From a virus (taxonomy: Duplodnaviria; Heunggongvirae; Uroviricota; Caudoviricetes), in IMG/VR virus record IMGVR_UViG_2718217859_000009: a stretch of DNA of 37,279 nucleotides, one strand, 5' to 3'. This document shows positions 10,144-19,401 of the stretch, one piece after another. The notes beneath the pieces were generated by a model. That model had not been told where the DNA came from and ran no database searches. It saw nothing but the letters and a program-made list of their open reading frames with translations. Every line of letters begins with the position of its first letter. Position 1 is the stretch's first letter. Made by a program: the position numbers and the translations under genes.

Positions 10144-10710
10144 TCAGGGGGATTCATTACTCTTATTTGCCGGAAATTTTCTATAAATTGTGGAAACACC
10201 CACATCAAAAATCAGTGCAATACGCTGTCTTGATTCTCCGGCCTCGAGTAAACGCCCAATCTGTGCCCACTGTTCGGTGGTCAACTTAGGACGGCGTCCA
10301 CCTACTCTGCCTTTGGCACGAGCTGCAGCCAGCCCTGCCCTGGTACGTTCAACTATCAGTTCGCGTTCCATTTCAGCCAGGGCACCCATGACATGAAAAA
10401 AGAAACGGCCCATTGGGGTACTGGTATCAATACTGTCAGTCAGGCTTCGGAAATTCACACCACGCTGGCGCAACTCCTCTATCAGCGTAACAAGATGCCG
10501 CATACTGCGCCCCAACCTGTCCAGCTTCCAGACAACCAGCGTGTCTCCTGCCGATAGTGTCCTGAGCAGCTTTTTCAGCCCCGGTCTGTCGGACTTAGTG
10601 CCACTGATTTTATCCTCAAAAATCCGCTCACATCCCGCGCAGTTCAGTGCATTACGTTGCAAATCGGTGTTCTGGTCATTTGTTGACACGCGTACATAGC
10701 CAATAAGCAT
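10144..10710 (-). CDS. serine DNA invertase (Gin/Pin/Cin/Hin family)
   Basis: MLIGYVRVSTNDQNTDLQRNAL...DRLGRSMRHL...C-terminal HTH; near-identical in pattern to Mu Gin; catalytic Ser in VRVSTNDQ. Confidence 0.92.
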   Translation of the reverse strand: MLIGYVRVSTNDQNTDLQRNALNCAGCERIFEDKISGTKSDRPGLKKLLRTLSAGDTLVVWKLDRLGRSMRHLVTLIEELRQRGVNFRSLTDSIDTSTPMGRFFFHVMGALAEMERELIVERTRAGLAAARAKGRVGGRRPKLTTEQWAQIGRLLEAGESRQRIALIFDVGVSTIYRKFPANKSNESP

Positions 10711-10765
10711 GATCATCCCCCTGAATAAAAACCGGAGATGATGCCAGTTAGCCGTTATCTCTGCA

Positions 10766-10791
10766 TTTTCATAAACGTTGGTTTGGGAGAA
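10766..10791. repeat. gix/hix-like recombination site (right boundary of invertible segment)
   Basis: ttttcataaacgttggtttgggagaa; its reverse complement shares the 14-mer TTCTCCCAAACCAA with the site at 12604. Confidence 0.7.
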
Positions 10792-11136
10792 GCGGCAAAA
10801 AGGGATGTTGGCACAGGTGCAAATCAGATCCCTGATATGAGTTCGTGGACAAAGGGAATCTCAACGGATGCAATCTGGATCAGGTTTCCAGACGGGACGA
10901 TTATCCAGATGGGGGCGGGTGGAGGTTCAAACACAGAGATTACCTTTCCCATACCGTTTCCAACACAGTGCATGATTTTTATAGCAATGCCACGTAGTTC
11001 AGCATCAACGGCTTTCATTGGCACTGTTCAGGAGGACTCATTACAGCGGTCCAGAACAGGGACACGAGTGCTGGGTTTTAGCGGCGTAACGCCAGTAACG
11101 ACAGCTGCTTTCGGCTATTTAGCGATCGGAAGATAA
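10766..11136 (+). CDS. silent alternative tail-fibre C-terminal cassette (Sv'/Hv'-like)
   Basis: Reading frame continues from the crossover motif GLGE into ...AAKRDVGTGANQIPDMSSW...GYLAIGR; would be fused to the constant part of H after inversion. Confidence 0.65.
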
Positions 11137-11139
11137 ATA

Positions 11140-11583
11140 ATGACTCAATATTACTACAGTGCGTCTGAAAACGCGTTTTTTCCCGCAGTGCTGGAAGAAC
11201 AATACAAAAAGGCTGGAACATTCCCGGATGATGCCAGGGAGATTGATGATGATGTGGCCGTTACTTTTATAGGGAATCCGCCTGATGGCAAAATTCGTAT
11301 TGCCGGGAGTGACGGGATGCCGAGGTGGGGAGATATTCCACCACCAACCCATGCAGAAATTATTGCTGAGGCTGAACGAGAAAAACAACGCCGTATTGAT
11401 GTCGCAAACGAATTCATGAATAACAAGCAGTGGCCCGGTAAAGCCGCTATTGGTCGTCTGAAAGGCGAGGAACTGGCGCAATATAATTTGTGGCTAGATT
11501 ATCTGGACGCACTGGAACTGGTTGATACCTCCAGTGCTCCAGATATTGAATGGCCTACGCCTCCGGCAGTTCAGGCCAGATGA
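11140..11583 (+). CDS. tail fibre assembly protein, alternative copy (Tfa'/U'-like)
   Basis: 147 aa; C-terminus ...LWLDYLDALELVDTSSAPDIEWPTPP matches the conserved Tfa C-terminal pattern also seen in the minus-strand copy. Confidence 0.75.
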   Translation: MTQYYYSASENAFFPAVLEEQYKKAGTFPDDAREIDDDVAVTFIGNPPDGKIRIAGSDGMPRWGDIPPPTHAEIIAEAEREKQRRIDVANEFMNNKQWPGKAAIGRLKGEELAQYNLWLDYLDALELVDTSSAPDIEWPTPPAVQAR

Positions 11584-12157
11584 CATCCGGCGCGGTGCTG
11601 GTATCTGTTGCCGTCACCGCGTCAATGTAATCCAGCGCAGCGTTAAGTCGGGCGGTTTCTGCCTGCGTCAGATTCCGTCCGGCCTGCAATTTCAGCTGAA
11701 TCAGACTAATGGAAGCCATTGCAGTATCAATCAGCGACTGGCGCTGTGCTTCTGCTGCATCTACTGCGGCGCTATGCTGTGCCCCGGTATCCGTCACCCA
11801 TTTCTCACCATCCCATTTATCATATGGCGTTAACGGGGCGATAGTGGTTGTATTTTCAGGGTAATCACCCGGAGCTGTGATTTCTTTCGATTCTCCTGTT
11901 TCGGTGCTATAGATGATTTCACCGCGATGGTCTGGCACATATTCCCATGAGTTAAAATCTGCAGAACGGCAGATTGCATAACCAGCTTTATGTGTAACTG
12001 GTGCATCTAAACAAGAACATGCCGGTATACCGACGCCAACCGCAAGATATTCAGTTGATGTGGAAATATATTCCCGCGTTTCACCATCATAATTATAAAC
12101 GGTTATGTCTCCCGCTTTTATGGCAATGAGTTCGTTATTTAATACGGCTTTATTCAT
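11555..12157 (-). CDS. tail fibre assembly protein (gpG/Tfa), expressed orientation
   Basis: 200 aa immediately downstream of H with ATGA overlap; C-terminus ...LDYIDAVTATDTSTAPDVIWPELPEA. Confidence 0.8.
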   Translation of the reverse strand: MNKAVLNNELIAIKAGDITVYNYDGETREYISTSTEYLAVGVGIPACSCLDAPVTHKAGYAICRSADFNSWEYVPDHRGEIIYSTETGESKEITAPGDYPENTTTIAPLTPYDKWDGEKWVTDTGAQHSAAVDAAEAQRQSLIDTAMASISLIQLKLQAGRNLTQAETARLNAALDYIDAVTATDTSTAPDVIWPELPEA

Positions 12158-13665
12158 CAGGCAGCCCTCACGATATAATTAAAGGCAATGTTACGAGGTC
12201 GGTTTTCGTTTGCAGTTGGAACAACTCTGGAAGCATCGAATGTTACTCGCCTTGCATAACCACCTTTAATTGAATCAGATGAAGCATCTCCGATGACGCT
12301 GGTTGTAAAAGCACCAGAATCAGAAGGATAGGAATTAAACCTGACATCCACTAATGCACCAATTATATTTCGAATGGCATCGCCCTGTGATGAAAGCAAG
12401 CTACGGTTAGTATCAATTCCTCTTCCGTCATCCCAGCCGCGAATAAACTCACCACGTAAATCAGGCAATTTATTTGTCGGGTAAACTTTTGCCAGTTCCG
12501 GGTATTCTTCAGCAGAAAAAGCCGCACCATTGCATTTCAGCCAGCCTGTTGGCGGAGTGGCTGAAGGCCACGGAACAGGGACACCAACAGGTAATGCAGA
12601 GCCTTCTCCCAAACCAAGGTATGCGAGAAGACCAGCTACATCCTTTCCACTCAAATTAGTCAGCGTATTGTCCAGCGGTTGTTTACCTGCCAGTGCATTA
12701 AGCATTGTCGTGGCAAAGTTCGGGTCATTCCCCAGCGCCGCAGCCAGTTCGTTCAGTGTATCCAGTGCAGCAGGTGCAGACCCCACCATTGCCGCAATTG
12801 CCGATTTCACAAAAGCCGTGGTGGCAATCTGTGTATTGTTAACTGACTGTGCGGCAGTGGGGGCTGTTGGCGTTCCGGTGAGTGCCGGACTTAACAGCGG
12901 CGCTTTCAGTGCCAGCGCATTGTTAATGGTGGTACTGAATTTCGGGTCATTATTAATGGCAGCGGCAATTTCTTTCAGCGTATCCAGTGTGGCTGGCGCA
13001 CCATTAATAAGGGCCATCAGTGCCGCCTGAACAAACGCGGTGGTCGCAATCTGCGTGGTGTTATTCCCCTCCGCTGGCGTTGGCGCTTTGGGTGTTCCGG
13101 TCAATGTCGGGCTTTCTTTGGGTGCATACTGTGAATGCGGGTCCGGTGCGGCAAGATGTTTTGCCATCTTATCATCCACGAACACCTTCAGCTCCAGTAC
13201 CTTGTCATCCACATACTTGCGGGTTGCCAGCACGACGGCAGGGTCGATTTTCAGGGTGATATTGTCCGTGCTGCTGGTAATCAGCACCATGCGCACGGTC
13301 TGGGTGCGCCCGCTGCCTTCAGCCAGTTGCGGCTTATAGCTTTCCGGGCAGTTGCCTACGGCAATCAATGCCCCGGACTCATCAAACAGACCCACTTCAC
13401 GTATCCACCAACCACCCTCATTTTCAGGGATCACCTGTTCAGCAATAATCTGGCTGCTGTTCTGCGGGTCGATATAGAGCATATTCAGCGCAGCCCGGCG
13501 TTTCTCATTTACCAGTGCCGTCTGCTTTGCGTCCGGCGTTGGCAATGTTCCGCCGCCATCGCCCACCGCCATATGGGTAATTTTTAGCGGCACACCGAGC
13601 GCGGCGGCGCTGGCAAGTTTCGCCGCGCCAATATCCGTCAGCAGGGTATAAAATTTTGTGCTCAT
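12157..13665 (-). CDS. tail fibre protein gpH (constant N-terminal part plus invertible C-terminal part)
   Basis: 502 aa, repeated collagen-like/T4 gp37-like motifs (NTTQIATTAFV twice), crossover site inside the coding sequence at the GLGE motif. Confidence 0.88.
   Translation of the reverse strand: MSTKFYTLLTDIGAAKLASAAALGVPLKITHMAVGDGGGTLPTPDAKQTALVNEKRRAALNMLYIDPQNSSQIIAEQVIPENEGGWWIREVGLFDESGALIAVGNCPESYKPQLAEGSGRTQTVRMVLITSSTDNITLKIDPAVVLATRKYVDDKVLELKVFVDDKMAKHLAAPDPHSQYAPKESPTLTGTPKAPTPAEGNNTTQIATTAFVQAALMALINGAPATLDTLKEIAAAINNDPKFSTTINNALALKAPLLSPALTGTPTAPTAAQSVNNTQIATTAFVKSAIAAMVGSAPAALDTLNELAAALGNDPNFATTMLNALAGKQPLDNTLTNLSGKDVAGLLAYLGLGEGSALPVGVPVPWPSATPPTGWLKCNGAAFSAEEYPELAKVYPTNKLPDLRGEFIRGWDDGRGIDTNRSLLSSQGDAIRNIIGALVDVRFNSYPSDSGAFTTSVIGDASSDSIKGGYARRVTFDASRVVPTANENRPRNIAFNYIVRAA
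12604..12629. repeat. gix/hix-like recombination site (left boundary, inside gene H)
   Basis: ttctcccaaaccaaggtatgcgagaa; inverted partner of 10766..10791. Confidence 0.7.
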
Positions 13666-14267
13666 GGATTCACTCTCATTGTGTCAATAACATGGACCGC
13701 CCCGCCTTCATGCGCGGTGCCGCCGGAAATAATTGTTTCGTTGATATACGGATAGATCGTGATTTCTTCGCCAAGATAGCTGGCGGCCCCCACCCAATGC
13801 GGACCGCTGGTCTGCAGATTGATGGACATGCCGATCATGTGACGGCTACATGGTTTGGCATCGCTTATCAGCCGCTCAAGTTCCAGATAGGTATCTTCAG
13901 TGATGCCCTGGTCCTGCACGCCGATATCCAGGCGAAACGTGCCCGGTGTTTCTCCGGTCTGCCACCACTCAATAATGCGGATCAGGAATCCGAACGGTTC
14001 CACCACCCGCCGCACGGCACTGGTAGTTCCTTTATGCTGATGAATATAAAAAGCATCCTTCACTACCTGGCGTTTGACGCTTTCTGTCCAGCCCTCGTCC
14101 CAGCGATCCACAGAGAACGCCCAGGCGAGATAAGGCAGGAAGCTGACCGGACAGGTAGCCGGATTCCACAAGTCACGCAGCGGCACCTGCAGATCAGAAA
14201 TCCCGCTACAGGTTTGCGCCAGTCGGCGCTCCAGTGAAGTTGAACCCGGTGGCAGCAGACTATTCAT
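13662..14267 (-). CDS. baseplate protein gpI
   Basis: 201 aa, position between J and H. Confidence 0.8.
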   Translation of the reverse strand: MNSLLPPGSTSLERRLAQTCSGISDLQVPLRDLWNPATCPVSFLPYLAWAFSVDRWDEGWTESVKRQVVKDAFYIHQHKGTTSAVRRVVEPFGFLIRIIEWWQTGETPGTFRLDIGVQDQGITEDTYLELERLISDAKPCSRHMIGMSINLQTSGPHWVGAASYLGEEITIYPYINETIISGGTAHEGGAVHVIDTMRVNP

Positions 14268-15168
14268 CCGTTCCTCCGTTGGTTACGCTCCACTGCGTAC
14301 ATGATGCCGCCTGTGTTTTGTTCAGGACCACATCCGCCAGCGGAGAAGCCAGTTCCACACGTTGAACACCCTCAACATGCAGAGCAGCAAAGATGGCGCT
14401 ACGGCGAATATCCCGACCAAGCCTCGTCTGGCTGGCAATGTACTTCTGCAGACTGGCTTTTGCCGCTGCCATTACCGGCTCTGCTTCCGGTCCCGGATAG
14501 AGAAAAATGGTGGCTTCCACGCGATACGGGATGATTTCTGCGCTGCGAACCGTAAGACGGTCAGCCACCGGGCGGACGTTCTCACTGTTCAGAGCTTTTT
14601 CCACCACGTCCAGCAGGTCTTTTTCTGCAGTTCCATCGCCTTCGCGGCTAAGGACAGTCAGCACCACCTCTGCAGGTGCCGGGCTGGTTGCACTGGCATC
14701 CGCCACCCGACCGTCGGCGCTTCGGGCATGAAATTCATAAGCTGCAGTTGGCCCCGCAACTGAAAGCCCTTCAAAGGCTGCAGGCACACGCAGGCGTAAC
14801 GCTTCATCGCTTTCCATCACAGCTGCAACGGGCGGCACAGCGTCATTATCAGCAGGCGTCACCGTCAGGCGTTTCACGTTGTAGTTGGCGGCGAGCTGGT
14901 CCAGATCGCCCCCTATGGCATAAGCCACCATCACCGCCTGCGCGGCTTCGTTAATGCGCTGGCGCAGAAGCAACTCACGGTAAGCATTCTCCTGCAACAA
15001 TTTGGTGACGGGTTCAGATTCCAGTTCCAGCGTGCGGATCACTGCTTCCTGCTCATCTTTCGGATGAAGCGCCACAAATTCTGCCTTGCGTTCGGCAAGC
15101 AGCGTCTCAAAGTCCGGCACATCCACAATCTGCGGCGCAGGCAACTGCGAAAGGTCAATCACTGCCAT
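14260..15168 (-). CDS. baseplate assembly protein gpJ
   Basis: about 302 aa from MAVIDLSQLPAPQ...; the tabulated ORF has a short upstream extension. Confidence 0.85.
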   Translation of the reverse strand: MAVIDLSQLPAPQIVDVPDFETLLAERKAEFVALHPKDEQEAVIRTLELESEPVTKLLQENAYRELLLRQRINEAAQAVMVAYAIGGDLDQLAANYNVKRLTVTPADNDAVPPVAAVMESDEALRLRVPAAFEGLSVAGPTAAYEFHARSADGRVADASATSPAPAEVVLTVLSREGDGTAEKDLLDVVEKALNSENVRPVADRLTVRSAEIIPYRVEATIFLYPGPEAEPVMAAAKASLQKYIASQTRLGRDIRRSAIFAALHVEGVQRVELASPLADVVLNKTQAASCTQWSVTNGGTDE

Positions 15169-15514
15169 TCTCTGCTCCTGTTGATACGGAAAGGGAAACA
15201 GGCACACCGTTATTACGCCGCCCGGTCAGCTCCACCACCATTGAACCGTCAAAATTGCTGTTAATGGTGATGGAATCCAGCGTCAGCCGTGGCTCCCAGC
15301 GACTCAGCGCCACATACACTGCCGACATGACCTGCAGGCGTAATGCCGGATTTTGTGGCTGGTCTATCAGTGCCGACAGCAGGGAACCATATTCCCGACG
15401 GGCAATGCGGCTACCCTGCGGCGTCAGCAAAATGTCCCGCACCGACTGGCGCAGATGATCAATATCAGTAATGGCTTTACCGCTGGTATTGTTCATCCCG
15501 CTATAAAGCGTCAT
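15155..15514 (-). CDS. baseplate wedge protein gpW (GPW/gp25 family)
   Basis: 119 aa, between V and J. Confidence 0.8.
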   Translation of the reverse strand: MTLYSGMNNTSGKAITDIDHLRQSVRDILLTPQGSRIARREYGSLLSALIDQPQNPALRLQVMSAVYVALSRWEPRLTLDSITINSNFDGSMVVELTGRRNNGVPVSLSVSTGAENGSD

Positions 15515-16089
15515 ACCGGGCCTCCGGTTGTGTCGCCGCCTTTCAGGACGCCAGTATGCTGATGCGCATCAACCACGATCCCGTTAGAACTCATCGCTCC
15601 GCCGCCCTGGGTAACGCCACCATTGATCACCACTTCGCTGTTAATGCGCGTGCGGTCAGCCTCCAGTACAAACTCACTGGTTTTCATGGTGATGTTGTCA
15701 GCAGCCTCAATGACCATTGATTTGATGCCCCTGACATACCAGCGCCCGGTGGCGGGTTCGTATTCAAACCAGCCACCGTCAGGATGTTCTGTCACGCAGG
15801 CGTCCGCCGACGTCGACGGTGGTGCGAACTGATTCGAATAGACAGCGGGCAGCGCAAAGGCGGTTTCCAGATTGCCGCCCAGACTCAGCAGCACCACCTG
15901 CTCACCTTCCGATGGTCGCCACCATGTACGGGCATTCCCGGCACGCAGCGTCAGCCAGCTGATCCAGTTGGTTTCAAGCTCGCCCGTTTTCACCCGGCAA
16001 AGCCAGTTTTCCCTGTCCACTTCGGTGACTACCCCTGTGCGGATCAGGTTGGTGATAAGGCGCATGATTTCGGTTAATTGTGCGTTCAT
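15511..16089 (-). CDS. baseplate spike/hub protein gpV
   Basis: 192 aa, first gene after the late promoter dyad, Gly-rich C-terminus. Confidence 0.8.
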   Translation of the reverse strand: MNAQLTEIMRLITNLIRTGVVTEVDRENWLCRVKTGELETNWISWLTLRAGNARTWWRPSEGEQVVLLSLGGNLETAFALPAVYSNQFAPPSTSADACVTEHPDGGWFEYEPATGRWYVRGIKSMVIEAADNITMKTSEFVLEADRTRINSEVVINGGVTQGGGAMSSNGIVVDAHQHTGVLKGGDTTGGPV

Positions 16090-16135
16090 AGGGAAAGGTT
16101 GCCATCAGGGGAAGAAAGGCGGCAGTGCTGCAACT

Positions 16136-16153
16136 TGTATCAGTGCTGATACA
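16136..16153. promoter_or_regulatory. Ogr-binding dyad of late promoter P_V (TGT-N12-ACA)
   Basis: tgtatcagtgctgataca, near-perfect palindrome between S and V. Confidence 0.6.
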
Positions 16154-16157
16154 AAGA

Positions 16158-16604
16158 TCACCCCGCCAGCCATTGCAGAATCATGTCGCGGGTCATTGCC
16201 TCAACATCATCATTTACACCCAGAAGGCGACGCTCTGCGTAACGCACCTCCGGTCCCTTACGACTGACGCGATCTCGCAGGCCGTAATGGTGAACGCGGG
16301 CAATGCGCTGCACCTTGCCTTCAAACTGCACGCTGGCAGAGTCGGTGCTGGCGGCAGTTTTCAGGTATTTTGTGGTGCGCAGCTTTGCAAACATCTGACG
16401 TTTGATACGGCCTTTTTTACTGCGTGCTGTTACCCGTCGCGGTTCATAGCTGCTGCCGTCAGGGTTGCGCTGCATCCTGATATTCTGCTGCTGTGTCCGG
16501 CGAAGTTCCTGCGCCAGCTGGCGCATCATGCGGCTTCTCGAGGCTGGTTCCAGATTCGCCAGCAAGGCACTCAGCCAGTCGTCCACCTTCTGCAGTTCAG
16601 CCAC
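16158..16604 (-). CDS. tail completion protein gpS
   Basis: 148 aa, synteny R-S-V. Confidence 0.8.
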   Translation of the reverse strand: MAELQKVDDWLSALLANLEPASRSRMMRQLAQELRRTQQQNIRMQRNPDGSSYEPRRVTARSKKGRIKRQMFAKLRTTKYLKTAASTDSASVQFEGKVQRIARVHHYGLRDRVSRKGPEVRYAERRLLGVNDDVEAMTRDMILQWLAG

Positions 16605-17049
16605 GTTTCACCGTCCACATTTCTTCAGGTGCATCAGGTTCCGCTATAGCTTCAACGCTCGACACACTGCCGTCAGTGCTGACCAGCACACGTTCCGTCA
16701 GTTGCAGGTTCAGGCTGATATCACAGACATCGTTGCGCAGAATATCCACCTCAAAGGTGAATAGCTTTTCCCGTAACGCCGGGTTATTGATGGCATCGGG
16801 CTGGTTATCCCTCAGCCACAGCAAAACCGGGGCCATCAGCAGATTCTGGTCGCCGCTGAAATCCTCAATCACCGCGTTCAGTGTGTAACGGTACTCCCAC
16901 GACATGGAGCTGGCCCCCGTGGCAACCAGCGAACCGTTATCCACAAACAGATGCAGTTTGTCCGGGTTATTGCGGACATAAGGCACCGCTTTATTGAGGG
17001 CGTGGCGCAGGGATTGTGGTTTGTTCACTGTTTCGCTCCTGACACGCAA
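16597..17049 (-). CDS. tail completion protein gpR
   Basis: 150 aa, synteny lysis-R-S. Confidence 0.8.
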   Translation of the reverse strand: MRVRSETVNKPQSLRHALNKAVPYVRNNPDKLHLFVDNGSLVATGASSMSWEYRYTLNAVIEDFSGDQNLLMAPVLLWLRDNQPDAINNPALREKLFTFEVDILRNDVCDISLNLQLTERVLVSTDGSVSSVEAIAEPDAPEEMWTVKRG

Positions 17050-17281
17050 TAATCATGTCCACTTTGTCTGCACAGACCGCCCAGGCGGCCTCCGTTTCAT
17101 CCAGCAACGCGTTCAGATCACCGTTAGTGCGCGGCGCTGCCTGATCCAGCCGACACGGCGTCACTCGCGGACAACCACTGACGGTAAGCTGCACCTCCGG
17201 TGAGCGTCGGACGTTCCCGCAGCCGGATAATGTCAGCAGGCAAAGGAGTATCAGCCCAGCGGCGTAAATCCTCGTTCTCAC
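16991..17281 (-). CDS. outer-membrane lipoprotein spanin (LysC/Rz1-like)
   Basis: Signal peptide plus lipobox LTLSGC, Pro-rich, overlaps the end of lysB in another frame. Confidence 0.65.
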   Translation of the reverse strand: MRTRIYAAGLILLCLLTLSGCGNVRRSPEVQLTVSGCPRVTPCRLDQAAPRTNGDLNALLDETEAAWAVCADKVDMIIACQERNSEQTTIPAPRPQ

Positions 17282-17552
17282 GTTTCAGTTCCTCTATCCG
17301 GTGTTGTCGTTGTCTCAGCAGCGCGCTGGTCTGTTCTGCTTCGGCATAGAGCCGCGCCTGCTCCCGGTTATTGGTTTCAGTCAGAATGGACAGGCTGATA
17401 AGCTGGCTGTTGCTCTTTGCCAGTGCCTGGCTTTTGCTCTGCAGCTCGTCTGCCTGCGTGCTGATGGTCTGGCTGGCATCAGCCAGCCGCCACGTCTGCC
17501 AGCCCAGCGCCGCCAGTAATAACGCCAGCATAACCAGCAGCAACCGGTTCAT
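17124..17552 (-). CDS. inner-membrane spanin (LysB/Rz-like)
   Basis: N-terminal TM helix followed by coiled-coil periplasmic domain, 142 aa. Confidence 0.75.
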   Translation of the reverse strand: MNRLLLVMLALLLAALGWQTWRLADASQTISTQADELQSKSQALAKSNSQLISLSILTETNNREQARLYAEAEQTSALLRQRQHRIEELKRENEDLRRWADTPLPADIIRLRERPTLTGGAAYRQWLSASDAVSAGSGSAAH

Positions 17553-17926
17553 GCTGCTACCTGTTGCGCCATCTGATTACGGGTGATCCAGAAGGCAATA
17601 ACGGTCAGTAGATAAAAGACCAGGGTAATAGCCCACCCCGTCCAGGCGAGACTTACGACAATCAGCAATCGCATCACCCAGCTGATAAATACGTTTTCTT
17701 TTCGGGTAATGGTCTTCAGCAAAGATGCCCTCAACTCCTGCCAGAGCGGGCCATTCTTAATTAACGCAGCCAGTGCTACCGGAATTACCGCCCATGTCAG
17801 TAAACAGGCTACCCAAACGCCGGACGCTGCCAGTACCGGAAAAATCCCCTGCGGATACACCATTGCTGCGATTAACAGCGCCATCCATAACATCAGAAAC
17901 AGCCCGCTGATTAATTTCTTTTTCAT
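17549..17926 (-). CDS. LysA-like membrane lysis regulator
   Basis: Polytopic small membrane protein between endolysin and spanins; start at MKKKLISG assumed. Confidence 0.65.
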   Translation of the reverse strand: MKKKLISGLFLMLWMALLIAAMVYPQGIFPVLAASGVWVACLLTWAVIPVALAALIKNGPLWQELRASLLKTITRKENVFISWVMRLLIVVSLAWTGWAITLVFYLLTVIAFWITRNQMAQQVAA

Positions 17927-17927
17927 T

Positions 17928-18440
17928 TCAGTTTGCTCCCTGTAAACACCAGGCCATCTCCCGCGCACGGCGGTTATCCAGCCCCTGATTAAACACACCT
18001 TTCACATAAACCCAGCGCGGCAACTGTCGGCACGCATCCGCCCAGCGCCGCTGATTGAGTAATTTCATCAGCGTGGAACTGCAGGCATTGCCCGTTCCCA
18101 CGTTGAAGGCAAACGACACCACCGAGTCATACACCTTTTGTGGCGGCTGTTGCTTCACACATCTTTCCAGCGCCCGCTCCACACGCAGCACGTTGGAGAT
18201 AAGCCCTTCTGCTGCCTGTCGTTCCGTAATGGTTTTGCCGGGAATGACGCCCGACGTATTACCAATGCCGTCAGTCCATACACCCGCGCTGCACTGATAC
18301 GGCTGCAGACGACAGCCTTCGTAATCGGCAATCAGTTTCAGCCCCTCCACGGAGGTGTGAAGCTGCTGAAAACCCGGCAGCGTGGCAGCAATAGCCAGCA
18401 CGGTCCCGACAAGGCAGCGTTTAACGATTGATGGATTCAT
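17928..18440 (-). CDS. SAR endolysin (GH24 T4-lysozyme-like, P1 Lyz / phage 21 R type)
   Basis: Hydrophobic N-terminal SAR segment then EGCRLQPYQCSAGVWTDGIGNT catalytic region. Confidence 0.88.
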   Translation of the reverse strand: MNPSIVKRCLVGTVLAIAATLPGFQQLHTSVEGLKLIADYEGCRLQPYQCSAGVWTDGIGNTSGVIPGKTITERQAAEGLISNVLRVERALERCVKQQPPQKVYDSVVSFAFNVGTGNACSSTLMKLLNQRRWADACRQLPRWVYVKGVFNQGLDNRRAREMAWCLQGAN

Positions 18441-18636
18441 AGTCCTCCCGCGAGATCTGCCCGTCGCGCAGAAGCTGGTAGGCTTTGTGTTTGTAGTACC
18501 AGTTGATAGCCAGCATCAGCACACCAATCATCAGGCCGCCCAGCGTTGAGGCATCCTTGATGGACAAATCGCCCAGCCAGGCCAGCACGACGGCGATGCA
18601 ATACGTGATAAAGGCGCTGATTCGCTCAAGCGTCAT
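18421..18636 (-). CDS. holin, pinholin-like (two TM helices, 71 aa)
   Basis: Two hydrophobic helices and a charged C-terminus, directly upstream of the SAR endolysin. Confidence 0.7.
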   Translation of the reverse strand: MTLERISAFITYCIAVVLAWLGDLSIKDASTLGGLMIGVLMLAINWYYKHKAYQLLRDGQISREDYESINR

Positions 18637-18639
18637 AAT

Positions 18640-18843
18640 TCAGTCCCATAGCTGGACGGTCTGCACGGTGGTGGTGGTCGGAATGTCCGGCAGCTCCACC
18701 TGCAGCCCGTGAGGTAAAAAGGGGCCGTATTCGGCAAGCCCCGGATTTGCCTTCAGTACCTGCTCCGTGACACCCTGCGTGCGCCCGTAATGACGCCAGC
18801 AAAGCGCGTCCACCGTGTCATACTGATGCGCACGCACTTTCAT
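18640..18843 (-). CDS. tail protein gpX
   Basis: 67 aa, same size and position as P2 gpX. Confidence 0.75.
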   Translation of the reverse strand: MKVRAHQYDTVDALCWRHYGRTQGVTEQVLKANPGLAEYGPFLPHGLQVELPDIPTTTTVQTVQLWD

Positions 18844-19307
18844 CAGATAAGCTCCACTGTGCAGTGCGGCGCATCCTGCACCCGGCTGATGGCCCAGCGT
18901 GCGTCACGCCACAAATCACCGCTTGCTTCCGCCAGTTCCTCGCCCCGCTTCACACCGGACGCCGTGGCGTCATAGTCCTGGTAACGTTCGTTGAGCATGG
19001 CGCGTGCCCAGCAGTAAACCGCGTTGAAATAGTGCTGAATGCGCTCACTTTTGCCGTCCAGCTGTTCCGCCGGAACCTCTGCCAGCGAGGCATACCCCAG
19101 CATCTGCTGGCGTCTGCGAAACTCATACAGCTCTGCGTTGACCTCCGAAATTGCCGACAGCGCAACCTGCTTTAAACGCGGCTGCGTCACCGTGCCGTCA
19201 GTGCGCATCACGCTGCGAAACTCCGACAGGTCCACATCAGGCCAGAACGGCGTATTCCTGATGATTTCCGCCTGTTCCGGTGCCTGTTCTGGCGCAACAA
19301 ACTTCAT
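18843..19307 (-). CDS. head completion protein gpL
   Basis: Start at MKFVAPEQ preceded by AGGAGA; the tabulated ORF is extended upstream. Confidence 0.8.
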   Translation of the reverse strand: MKFVAPEQAPEQAEIIRNTPFWPDVDLSEFRSVMRTDGTVTQPRLKQVALSAISEVNAELYEFRRRQQMLGYASLAEVPAEQLDGKSERIQHYFNAVYCWARAMLNERYQDYDATASGVKRGEELAEASGDLWRDARWAISRVQDAPHCTVELI

Positions 19308-19401
19308 GCTGCTTTCTCCTGAAATAGAGGGCGGTGGACGGGGTTTTGATGTGGCAGTGCCTTTCGCCACCCCGTGCCGCCCGTGCGCGGGGCACGTTCT
19401 G

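Noticed and set aside
10738-10765. N-terminal 9 codons of the tabulated ORF 10738..11136
   Set aside because: This part lies outside the recombination site and encodes no tail-fibre sequence; the meaningful unit is the cassette beginning at the crossover site, expressed only after inversion.
12530-13587. Several plus-strand ORFs of 79-166 aa
   Set aside because: All lie antisense within the tail fibre gene H; low-complexity translations.
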